Below the pieces are notes generated by a model that worked only from the letters and a program-made list of their open reading frames with translations, was not told the origin of the DNA and ran no database searches. A stretch of DNA of 64,000 bases. It comes from Octopus bimaculoides (Eukaryota). A program made the translations under genes and the position numbers. The stretch spans positions 18,605,693 through 18,669,692 of the forward strand of contig NC_068982.1 of the NCBI RefSeq assembly GCF_001194135.2, in the 5' to 3' direction. Shown here piece by piece: positions 52,048-64,000 of the stretch (within the stretch, counting starts at the first letter, position 1; each line of letters opens with the position of its first letter).

Positions 52048-53619
52048 NNNNNNNNNNNNNNNNNNNNNNNNNNNNNNNNNNNNNNNNNNNNNNNNNNNNN
52101 NNNNNNNNNNNNNNNNNNNNNNNNNNNNNNNNNNNNNNNNNNNNNNNNNNNNNNNNNNNNNNNNNNNNNNNNNNNNNNNNNNNNNNNNNNNNNNNNNNNN
52201 NNNNNNNNNNNNNNNNNNNNNNNNNNNNNNNNNNNNNNNNNNNNNNNNNNNNNNNNNNNNNNNNNNNNNNNNNNNNNNNNNNNNNNNNNNNNNNNNNNNN
52301 NNNNNNNNNNNNNNNNNNNNNNNNNNNNNNNNNNNNNNNNNNNNNNNNNNNNNNNNNNNNNNNNNNNNNNNNNNNNNNNNNNNNNNNNNNNNNNNNNNNN
52401 NNNNNNNNNNNNNNNNNNNNNNNNNNNNNNNNNNNNNNNNNNNNNNNNNNNNNNNNNNNNNNNNNNNNNNNNNNNNNNNNNNNNNNNNNNNNNNNNNNNN
52501 NNNNNNNNNNNNNNNNNNNNNNNNNNNNNNNNNNNNNNNNNNNNNNNNNNNNNNNNNNNNNNNNNNNNNNTATATATATATATATATATGCTATTTGTTC
52601 AGACATTTTCATGGCCTGTATTATAAGGGATTGTTATTTATTAAAACGCGTCTTGTATTCCCTCCGCTATACGTATATTGTGTCACTATATATATTATCT
52701 TTCATATAATATAAAAATCATTAACACATGACCAATAGTATGAATTACTTGTATGTTATGGAAAATGCATGAAAGCAAATGTAATTTTCTATCAAATCGA
52801 TTCCATAGTAGAAAGTTAAGCTAAGCCGTTTTCATTTTTATATTCAAATGTCAAAACCCCTTATACCTTTGAAAGTTATGTGGAAATAACATATATGCTT
52901 AATCAATTCATTTCTATTTATCACATATTTGAAAGCTGTAGTGAGGGAATATTGTTCGAGAGTATAATACAATCGTGTATGTGGGTTCTAAAAGACGTTC
53001 AGGAGGAAATTCAACAATGATCATTACACCATTTACATTAAAATCGAATTCACAGGTGAGAAATGTGTCTCACGACCGTTGTGATAATGGCAGCAGTATT
53101 TGAAATACCCTGCATAGGAAAACAATAATCTATCTATCTATAAATCCAATATTGTACACATTCATTCTTAACCTTTGAAATATACGGGCGTAAGAGCATT
53201 AAACGATATAATAATGTAACTAAAATTCGATACTATTGAACATATTTGCAGAGAAACGCTCACACAGCGGGGAACAAAGTTTATTTTATCAGTCAATAAT
53301 CCACTTGCTGCTTTTTGAATTGTTCGGTCACTTTATAATCGCCAAGTATCAAAAGAATCTTTACATTCGCTTTCTAAGTGATATTCCATACGATGAAATT
53401 CTGATAGATACATAGTAGATATTCAAGTGATATTTTTGCAAAATAATCTTCGTAAACACGCACACCACACGTCTGTTTATGCACGCATGCATACATATAT
53501 TTATGTATGCGTACATGCGTTTCGAATATACATGCGTATGAGGGTATATAGTGATTTCGTTATATAAATGTATATATACAAACTAGATGGAGGACGTGTA
53601 AGCATACCCAAATATATAT

Positions 53620-53830
53620 TGTGAATCCATTAAAAAACAAAACAAGAACAAACACAACAAAGAAAAGCAATGCGGGAACGTGGTACATACAAAGTAATAG
53701 TAGACACTCAAGGAAAGAAAGAAAGGTAGTTTTACGTTTCGAGCAAAGCTCTTCTTCAGAAACAGAAGACAGAGGAGAATCCCAGAGAAAAAGGAAGACG
53801 GAGGAAAAAAATCAGCAACGATTCACATGT
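53620..53830 (-). mobile_element. PLE terminal-repeat-like interspersed repeat carrying a hammerhead motif
   Basis: Homologous to 12580-12715 and contains the motif at 53729-53763. Confidence 0.65.
53729..53763 (-). ncRNA. Putative minimal type-I hammerhead ribozyme
   Basis: Minus strand GTTT-CTGAAGA-A-GAGCtttGCTC-GAAAC-GTA-AAAC. It has the canonical core, a 4-bp stem II, a 4-bp stem I and a GUA triplet. Confidence 0.6.
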
Positions 53831-56681
53831 AGTTACATATGTATATATGTATGTATTTATACTCATATACATGCATTATAATCTAATGTAGACATCTATA
53901 AATATGTTTGTTTTCTAATGTCGAATGAATGGCGACACTTCAAGGCTCCCGAGCATTTAGTCCGGCGTCTTATCTAAAGCAGCTCGAATATGCTTTTACA
54001 TTTTGTCTTTTATACGAACATGCCTGCTCTGTACTCACCAGTCAAAGCAATGCACCTATTAAGACAAGCTTTAAAAAATATTGTGGATCTGACCTTCCGT
54101 CCAGCCCCTGTTTCTGCCTCATTTTCTCTATAAATTCTATTGTTCTTTCTCAAAATATCTTTTGTTCGACCATGGTAGTTGTTGAACTGGTCATCTGTTT
54201 CTAACCTACCTGTGTATATCTTTAAAATTAACCTGATTAACGCGGTTTTGGCTATGGTGCAATCAAATAATACATGAATAAAATGCTAGCGAATCATATT
54301 TTGTGAGATCTGAAACCCACTTGTGTTCTTTGTTTTTTATACATATGTCGCACATGGGATCAACCCTGTTTTGTATCTATGACTTACATTGGATTTAGTT
54401 CCAATGCATATATGCATCTGTATCTGTGTATATATTTATATAGAATGTGAGAGGTGTGCGTAGATGCATACTTACAATATACTACGCACAACCAAAAATG
54501 TAATGACTTCCTGCAACTTGTATTTTGATACTAAGTACTCTGCTATTTCTGGTGTCCTGCATTTTGATATAGCTAGATTCTAGTTATAATGGGCTAATCT
54601 CATTTTCTCCAAGGTAGAGATGTGGCCTTTGTGCTACAGCCCTCGTGGGTATACAGCATTTAATACGGAACTGAGACTAGATCCATTTAACTCGGTTTGC
54701 AATTATATTCTGTTACTTCCTTGATGATCTTGAAATTTCTAGTCACATTGCATAATTTCTCATTTATTATTTTAATATGTATTTTGTTGCGTTTTTATAT
54801 TACCCTATTCATACGGCAAATATCATTGTCAGTGTATGCATTATGAATTAGCGAAGGGCTTTAAACTCTTTGTAATTATGTGTTATCATGTTGCTGTTGC
54901 TTTTGTTATCATTCTAAATATTTTTATCGTCACCACCATTACCATCACCAGCATCATCATGGTTTTCGTCGTAGTCATTGTCATTGTCCTTGATTTTGTT
55001 GTTGTTATTGTGAAAATTCTGCGGAGGCAGACGATATCATTCAGAGTTATCCGATGTGGAGTGAGTGCCAGTTGAAAATTATTATTATTGTCGTTATTGT
55101 GGCTGTTGTCGTTATCTATGCTGTATGTAAGCTGTGTGGAAACAGCACAAATTCTAAAAACAGCAATGCGCATCACGTGGGCATTTACAATATTAGCCAA
55201 GCAGTGCCTGAATTCGGGCATTTCCTCAATAATGATGGGCAATGTATGAAACGTTATTCAATGTGAAATTTACAGTCCTTCTTCAAGCGAATGAATACTT
55301 TGCTGTTCCCTTCCAGTAGAGGGACATCTGTGTCATTATTCTAACAATACCTCCTGAGAAACAGATTAGTTGTTATTTCTTACAGAGACCAGAACGAATG
55401 AAAAAGCGTAATACTTAATATTGAGGAAACGTTAATTATTCACGGCCTATGCATCGCCTATTTAGAAATGCGTGAACATGCTTCATCATTGATATTATTG
55501 ATGTTCATGTGGAAAATGTTAAATTAGTTACAACTTAGCGCTTTGACAGCGTCATAGAAAGTTTAGATGTTAACTATGCAGATCCTTGGTTCTCTTTCTT
55601 TGGTTGTTCTGCCGATTCGAATAATATATGTGTACAACACAATGACATGATCAGGCAATGTGGATGGTAATGATGCAATATCCTATTTAACGATTAGAAT
55701 TACTTACGAATGTCTTAACTACCGAAGGACAAATCAGCTTAAACTATATAGTTCGTTGTACGAACTGGTGAAGTATCATTATCTCTTATACAATCATCCA
55801 CAACACTGGGGCATGCTTAAAAGATACACAATGATTTTCGAGAGCGCACTGCATTAAAAAATGCAATTTATCGTAAATCATAATGTAGAATAAGGATCAA
55901 AAATATGTTCAGAGTAACGACATTCGTGAAACTGGACCAGAAAAATTATAAGGCCCCAATACTGGCATCGTATAGAATTGCGTCAAGCATATATGAATGC
56001 CTAGCTGTCCAAAAAACACGAACAGGAGCGTTCAAGCAGTAGTTGTGTATACACAATAAGGCTATATGTAATGAAGATTTAGAGACGAATATAATGGAGA
56101 CTCTACTATGTAGATATATTTCAAATGCCGTAGATGCTCTATCGGAATTTTTGTTTACACTAACATACATTATGTATGTGTGCAACAAATTGTATCTAAA
56201 TCCTATAACCTAATGTTTTTCTCATAAGCAATACTAACCCATTGCTTGAATGAATCTTACAAAAGTGTAGGGTGCGTTGTAGTAATACCACGTTAGACAT
56301 GGACAGCAAAAGTTATATTTGTAAAATTCATTTTGAAAAAGTGGGAGATATATATGCCTTTATCCCTTATTTGTTGGTGTATATTTTCTGCAATTTGTGT
56401 TTAGTCAGAGTTAAATAAATTTCATTATATTTAGAAATAAGACAAAAAGAAAATTATATTTACTAATTCGTAATGTTGGAAGTAGCTAAGTGTTTCACTG
56501 CGTAAACACGAAAATTTGAGAGTTAAAAATTGTTAACTGTCAAGACGTCTGTGTTTATAAAGAGAAACATGTTACTACTTGACAGACTTGAATTAAAATT
56601 AGAAAGAAAATTCTACTTTTAGAATATTGTGACTTATTGAATGTAGTTTAGTGTTGCTAGTCGTTCATCCAGATTACCGTG

Positions 56682-56731
<50 letters not shown>

Positions 56732-56957
56732 ATCGGTTGATTCATTCTCGTGCTACTCTGAGTTTCACCTGTCGAGGCAAAGGGTCGTCAGGTAAGTTAT
56801 AACGGAAGAGATTTTGCATTCACATTTGAAATTCAGAAGAACAAGGATCTGGTGACGTAAATATATTATATATCAAACACAACTATACTTTTGAGAAATA
56901 ATCTTTTTCCCAAGAGTCAACACTAAACGTATATCTATAAATACATATATGTACATA

Positions 56958-57810
56958 TACGAGTACTGGCTGAAATCTTCATAGACCGACTATGAAAGAG
57001 CTGTGAAATCATGCATACATTTAGTTTCAGATATTCTTAATAATTGTATTTTTTTTACCAGGCTAAATGAGAGCTGACAACTGAAAGAAAACTTCAAATG
57101 TAGCCAGTAGCGACTGCTCTTGAAAATTGACAAGATTTAGAATCGTGCAAGAAAAAGGGTTTAACCTCCAACGGCATTCTTACTACTATGCTTGTAACAT
57201 TAGGTGATGACGTTCCATCTTTATCAACAGTGCGAAATTGGACATCTGAGTTTGAAAAGGGTTCGGACATTGTTGAATTGTACCCATGAAACTTCTATCT
57301 CAGAGGAAAACATTCAACGTGTTCAACACGTGGTGTTGGCTGATAAATCAAACAACCAATGAGATTATCATATCTCGTGGGAGGGTTGCCTATATTATAC
57401 ACAATGAACTTGGCATGACGAAGGCTTCTGTTTGGTGAGTACCGCGTTTTCCGACTCCTGATCAGCGTACAGGAAAATCTGATGTTGTTTGAGGGAGTTT
57501 CAGCTGGTGTCCTTCAACGTTTCCTAACTCAGCATGAGTTTTGTGTACACCAGTTGGAACCAGAGACAAAGAGAATCCATGCTGTGGAAACTCCCCTCAT
57601 CACCGGCTCCAAAGAAGATCGAGGTCGTTGTATCTGTAAGAAAGTTAATAGCTTCGGTTTTGGGGTATGCAAAAGGCATTGCGTTTAATGACTGTCTTCA
57701 GCGAAGACTACCATGCCAACTCAGTGAGGCAGGAAGGACTCTCAAGACCAAACTCCCAGGAAAACGTATTGTTTCATCAAGACAATGCTCCAGCACACAT
57801 GTTCTTCCGT
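56958..57810 (+). mobile_element. Decayed mariner transposon (left TIR + transposase up to the second catalytic Asp)
   Basis: Starts TACGAGTACTGGCTGAAATCTTCATAG. Translations include LGDDVPSLSTVRNWTSEFEKG, ELGMTK...VPRF.TPDQ, EPETK..SMLWKLPSSPAPKK...KLIASV and VLFHQDNAPAH. Confidence 0.9.
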
Positions 57811-58566
57811 GGCTTATATATATATATACTAACATTTGCATATAAAAACATAAATGGAGAATAGCAGAGGAGACAGCAAGGATCGTAAGACCTTTTGATA
57901 TAGCTATGTTGATCTGCAAAGATATGTAGATATATACATATATATATCGATATATTCATATTTTAAGGCCATTTGTTAATGTCGAATGTATAAACCTAGG
58001 ACCAGGAATGTAATAATATAACTAACTAGTAAGCAGTCGATCATTGCACAACTTACTATGCTTTTCGGGTTGTGTTTCAGAAGTAAGTGTGTAACAGAAT
58101 CAATGGGTTTCCGATATAGATAACTATCAACGTGCAATTTCTTGCTCACAGTGTAAATTGCTTTGCTGTAATATTAACTTCACTTTCCTCCATTCACATT
58201 ACACGTTCGCTTCTTTGTGTGAATGTATATACTCAAACTTGTAGATATACATGCAAAAATTTATATCCAGAAGAATAACACAACGATAGACAAATATGAC
58301 CTTATTCGCGCGATTCAGCAAATGCCTTTCGACAATTACCTTCTTGTTTTTCATAATTCAAACGATCTTTTTACCTGTATTATCGAAAGCAAGTTGTTGA
58401 TCAGTCTTTTGATGAAGTGAATGATAAATGTGGAAGACCCTAGTTTTTATTCAACTAAGATTTTTCTGGAAGTCTTCTGTGAAACTCGTCAGAATTTGAA
58501 GTTTTAGGCGGGAACAGTTTATTCATGTTTGCGGTATGTTGATTTAGTTTAATGAGTGATGATCTA

Positions 58567-58613
<47 letters not shown>

Positions 58614-58929
58614 AACTTTATATATATATANNNNNNNNNNNNNNNNNNNNNNNNNNNNNNNNNNNNNNNNNNNNNNNNNNNNNNNNNNNNNNNNNNNNNN
58701 NNNNNNNNNNNNNNNNNNNNNNNNNNNNNNNNNNNNNNNNNNNNNNNNNNNNNNNNNNNNNNNNNNNNNNNNNTATATATATATATATATATATATGTAC
58801 TTAATTTGTTTGCATTTGATTAATGGCTTGGTCAGTGATAAACTAAAGCAGCAGAGCTAAAATCTTTAAGGAGTTTGTGTTACTACATGTAGTGGTCGAT
58901 TAGATGGATCTATCAATTATTAAGATATG

Positions 58930-59480
58930 GTATTAGTTGGCTTATGAATAGTGAGCCTCGTTTCCGAGATAAGTTTCGCTTGGTATATGTAGTCCTTGTC
59001 ACAACCATTAATTTTAACAACAAAGCTGAAATGCTTTCCAAAGTGCATTTTTTGCAATAAATATATGTCCTAATTAGAATTAGTAGCATATATCTGATTA
59101 AATATCGATGGTTGTTGTGCATTTATAATGACAGCAATTTGGTAGGGAATTTGTCACTGATAAGTGATTTATTTAGAGATTTTATTTCCAATTATGTTGA
59201 CTATTTCGTACTTTCTCTCATGCTTGATTCGAAACGTCTTGCGTTGTGGGTTACTACACAAATTAGAAAAGTCCGTGTATTTGAATCGAATTTTTCATTC
59301 GTAATTGTTGAATGTGCTCTGTTTGGCAGGTTTATCCTGATATCATTTCAGATTGGTGGATACTGTTTATTACGTTCTGCATATTTTAGTGCGTCGACCC
59401 TTTTATTGATGTGGACGTGTCAAACTATAATTTGGGTGATATTGTTCCGCTGTAAATTATCATTTACTGATAGAATATTT
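58930..59480 (-). mobile_element. Heavily decayed PLE fragment (thumb to GIY-YIG)
   Basis: Minus-strand pieces QYPPI*NDIRI, LICVVTHNARR and VKINGCDKDYIYQAKLISETRLT parallel the PLE motifs seen at 5970-6295 and 33-346. Confidence 0.5.
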
Positions 59481-59695
59481 GTAGAATTTCATTAGTCCCC
59501 CATGAGCGCACGAAGAAGAAGGTGTTAGCTCTCATTTTCGTGTTAATGCACACAGTCACAGACAAACCCAAACCTACTCACATTACATATTTATATATAT
59601 GTTTATGTAAAGAAACATAGTCATATGTATACAGATATATGCATATATGTGAGTGTATGTGTACATTCCTATATGCACACGCACTTACACACAAC

Positions 59696-59730
<35 letters not shown>

Positions 59731-59839
59731 GTGTGTGTGTTTGTATGTGGGGTATGTGCATGTGTGTGTGCCTGTGCGTCTATGTATTTGTATGTGTGTG
59801 TGTAAATTATGCACACACACATACACACATACACACACA

Positions 59840-59907
<68 letters not shown>

Positions 59908-59925
59908 TAGATATATATATATATA

Positions 59926-60978
59926 CAGATCGTCCCAAAATCACTGATGGGTTTGAATTTTTAATAACTTCCTGAAATTTACAGATAAATATATGGATTT
60001 TTCATACAATATAAAGGACATAATCGAAATTAATAAGCACTCGTCAAATTTTGCAACACCACGACATCACATACGACACACAATATGNNNNNNNNNNNNN
60101 NNNNNNNNNNNNNNNNNNNNNNNNNNNNNNNNNNNNNNNNNNNNNNNNNNNNNNNNNNNNNNNNNNNNNNNNNNNNNNNNNNNNNNNNNNNNNNNNNNNN
60201 NNNNNNNNNNNNNNNNNNNNNNNNNNNNNNNNAAGCACTCGTCAAATTTTGCAACACCACGACATCACATACGACACACAATATGAACGAATAAATGGCG
60301 GCTATTTTTGGCCTCGCACGCCCGAGCCCTTTCCAAAGCTTGCATCATAAAAGCCTCAAAAATTTCAGAGTCCACTTCTCAGATTTCCCAATTGATGTTC
60401 TCCTTCAGTTGCATCAAGTTCTCTTTTAGGTAACCCCACACGAAAAAATCTTGCCTAGTCAAGTCTGAGGAATGTGAGGGCTACTCAATGTAGACCTCAC
60501 ACATGCTTCCAGCAAGATGTGGCAAATGTTTATACTGCAAGATATATAATGCATTTGCTACGTCAGTGCATTGGAGAGAGAATACTTTCCTTCTATGGCA
60601 ATGTCAACTGGACTTCACGTTCCCCAGACTTGACTGGCTCGGACTTTTTCTTCTGGGGATACCTGGAAGAGAGTGTTTATGCCTACAAACCGGAGACACT
60701 AATGTAACTGAAAGAGAGCATCAATAAAGAAATCAGAGAACTGGGGTCTGAAACGTTTAAGGGTGTTTTGGAAAGAGCACGGGCATGCAAAGCCGAAAAT
60801 GGCTGCCATTTAAGCGATGGCATTTTTAATATGTGCTATAGTAGTGTTGCAAAATATGATTTATGCATATTAATGCACATTTCACTCCTTATATTGTATC
60901 AGAATTTCATACATTTATTTGTAAATTTAAGGAAGTTATTAAAAATTGAAACCTATCAGTTACTTTTGGAACACCATG
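59926..60978. mobile_element. Tc1/mariner-superfamily remnant made of two inverted 3' halves
   Basis: The plus arm (about 60495-60978) encodes CFQQDVA...WTSRSPDLTGSDFFFWGYLEESVY...LERARACKAENGCHL. The minus arm (about 59926-60490) encodes SDLTRQDFFVWGYLKE...LERARACEAKNSRHL. Both ends read TACA..GTGT.CCAAAA-like and are flanked by TA. Confidence 0.85.
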
Positions 60979-62076
60979 TATATACATATGCATATATATG
61001 AATAAAAACGTAGTATACATTTAATAATCACCCACATACTCCTATATATAACCCACGCTCACATATATATCTATATGTGCATTTGTATAAGCATATAGGC
61101 TTTAAAATGAGATTGTGTCTGTGTATGAGCGTTTGTATTTTTAATGGTGTACCTAATAATACACGAGAATGCAGCTGGTCAATGTTTTCTGAACAGGCAC
61201 AAGTCGATGTTTGTTTGATATCATGAATTTGCGGGAAACTATATACATGGTAGCTGTTCGTAAATTAAATAAACTATCTTGAACGGTGCATTCTGAGATT
61301 ACAAATTTGTAAGATGTGCTGATAGCAATGCTTCGGGGTAGTATGAACTTGCACATACATATACATTTATGTAAATATATATATATATATATATGTATAT
61401 ATANNNNNNNNNNNNNNNNNNNNNNNNNNNNNNNNNNNNNNNNNNNNNNNNNNNNNNNNNNNNNNNNNNNNNNNNNNNNNNNNNNNNNNNNNNNNNNNNN
61501 NNNNNNNNNNNNNNNNNNNNNNNNNNNNNNNNNNNNNNNNNNNNNNNNNNNNNNNNNNNNNNNNNNNNNNNNNNNNNNNNNNNNNNNNNNNNNNNNNNNN
61601 NNNNNNNNNNNNNNNNNNNNNNNNNNNNNNNNNNNNNNNNNNNNNNNNNNNNNNNNNNNNNNNNNNNNNNNNNNNNNNNNNNNNNNNNNNNNNNNNNNNN
61701 NNNNNNNNNNNNNNNNNNNNNNNNNNNNNNNNNNNNNNNNNNNNNNNNNNNNNNNNNNNNNNNNNNNNNNNNNNNNNNNNNNNNNNNNNNNNNNNNNNNN
61801 NNNNNNNNNNNNNNNNNNNNNNNNNNNNNNNNNNNNNNNNNNNNNNNNNNNNNNNNNNNNNNNNNNNNNNNNNNNNNNNNNNNNNNNNNNNNNNNNNNNN
61901 NNNNNNNNNNNNNNNNNNNNNNNNNNNNNNNNNNNNNNNNNNNNNNNNNNNNNNNNNNNNNNNNNNNNNNTGTATAGATATGTATGTATGTATGTGTGCA
62001 CCTGTGTGCGCCTGCGTGTGTGTGTATGCATGCGTGTGATGTGTGTGTATAAATATATAGAGCAGAAGATAGAATG

Positions 62077-62107
<31 letters not shown>

Positions 62108-62120
62108 GAGAGAGAGAGAC

Positions 62121-62167
<47 letters not shown>

Positions 62168-63789
62168 GAGACAGAGAGAAAGAGAGAGATAAGCTTGTTT
62201 GTTAGAACAGCCATGAAATTACTCAACACTTGTGAAGAAAACTTGTGTGCTGATATACTTTCGGAAAGTGTGACCTCTTCATAAATTATATACAAAACAC
62301 CTATTTCAGGATTTATACTTCTTTGTACTGATGGATAAATCTTGAGCTTCAGATTACCGGTGGAGAAATAATAAGACCATACCGTTTTTACTTCGCGTGA
62401 TACCAGAAATTTTTAGTACTATCAATGTTATTACTGCTATTACAAAGAGATCATTTATTTTTACTTGTGAGAAAAAACAAACATCTTACATTAATCTTAA
62501 TTTTATATATATGGTATAATTATTTTCAAATTTGTTTGACACATTCAATCGATAAAAATATCATAAAACGTGTAACCCTGTTATACTGAAAACTGGTGCC
62601 GCCCTGATGGTATTTTCAAGAGGGAAAAATCACAAGGAAAATACGATTACACAGAATTCTCATTGGAATGTGTAAATATTTCAGTAAGAGAAGTTATATT
62701 GGAATGCTTTTGAAAATGCAGGGAATATTGCTGCAAGGCCTCCTTTCTAACGGGTCACCGAATCCGCTATTTCGTCACGTTAATCATGGCATAAAAACTT
62801 AATGTTTTAAAGCCTGATACAACGTGTTTCAAATTGAACGGCGCTAGTTTATATTTCCCTTATCTTTAAATTTTGCAACTGCTTTTAAATTTTACACACA
62901 GGTCTATAAAATGATCATACATGTTTGTATATTCAGTCCCAAGTTTCTTCCTTTGAGGTGAGAACTAACTTTGACTGTGGTATATATCGACCTTCTACGC
63001 AACATTCTATGCAACAGAAGGTATTTTAGTTTCTATGATCAGAACTCGCTCAGATCATTAATGCAAGCTTTCATATCTTATTACTGTTATGTTAGGCCAA
63101 TTTTGTATCGTACTAGTCAAAATATATTGCCGAATACGCACAGTCGAATATCTGTCACGCAGCATGATAATATAAGCGCCTTACCTGGTTCTTAACAATA
63201 CTGAATTGTTTTGTTTTGAAGCATATGTATGTCATTAAATGTTTCGTATATGTTATTAATTTATATTTTACTTTATATTGTGTAAATACTTCGTAACTTG
63301 TGCGCCAATAGCTCACACTAGATATTTCGTTAAATGGATATTTTTGCATGAAAATATCATCAAAGTTGTATGACCAAGTATGAAACAAATAGTTTCTAAT
63401 AGATATTAGGAGAATTTAGATAACGTGTTTTTATTCTTATCGCAAAGGTAACATAACTTGCATTTGTAAAAGAAACAGAAATGTTACAAGTAAAAAAAAA
63501 AAAAACCCAGCATTTTCCCCATTATTATCTGTCATTGTCATCAGAATAATATGACAGAAAACAAATCCAATAAAACCATGATTGATATCTCTCAGTTAAA
63601 ACTTGAAATTTCATACTTAATACGTCATTAAAATTCGGAGTAGCGTTAACCGATGCATGTTTTGGAACAGTGAAAATAGATAGTAATCATTTTATTCTGA
63701 CAGAGATTATTATTAAGCATTCTTAATAACAAGAACAGCAACGACAACAATAGAAACAACAGCGAAGAAAAGAACACCATAAATATCGG

Positions 63790-63790
63790 C

Positions 63791-63866
<76 letters not shown>

Positions 63867-63887
63867 GTAATAATAATAATAATGATA
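63790..63887. repeat. (AAT)n microsatellite
   Basis: Directly visible. Similar tracts occur at about 12303, 32718, 36624, 50019 and 51250. Confidence 0.95.
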
Positions 63888-64000
63888 ATTTGTGTTTTCT
63901 TTCTAAATTTCTGGTCTCTCTGTTGAAGCAATGTCATTATTTATCTACACTAGAAATGATGGTGATGAAAGGAAGGAAGACGAACAGTGTAAAGGAAAAG

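Noticed and set aside
55054-55266. 70-aa ORF with a hydrophobic N-terminus and a few cysteines
   Set aside because: The hydrophobic part derives from ATT/GTT trinucleotide repeats, and the cysteines lack a regular pattern.
60035-60285. 53-bp direct repeat flanking an N gap (60035-60087 = 60233-60285)
   Set aside because: Same assembly artefact as at 28528.

Overview
This is AT-rich, repeat-dominated animal genomic DNA with many N gaps and abundant di-, tri- and tetranucleotide microsatellites. The repeat content suggests an octopus/cephalopod scaffold (inference). No complete conserved protein-coding gene is recognisable, and almost all ORF-track entries are microsatellite or N-gap artefacts. 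Recognisable content is decayed mobile DNA. Retroelements: a near-full-length CR1-group LINE (17.4-21.1 kb) with two partial copies, an L1/Tx1 ORF2 fragment, three R4/Dong-like restriction-like-endonuclease (RLE) fragments, several Penelope-like (PLE) pieces and at least four tRNA-headed SINE families. DNA transposons: mariner/Tc1 remnants and MITE-like inverted repeats. The best leads are (1) a 64-aa ORF with a signal-peptide-like N-terminus and three CxxxC motifs (32243-32437); (2) an RLE retrotransposon embedded in an (ATAC)n tract, suggesting tetranucleotide target specificity; (3) several minimal type-I hammerhead ribozyme folds, one inside a 30-bp inverted-repeat module; and (4) a 3' tail shared by a SINE and the LINE. 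All assignments come from manual translation and motif reading, with no database searches. Element boundaries are approximate.
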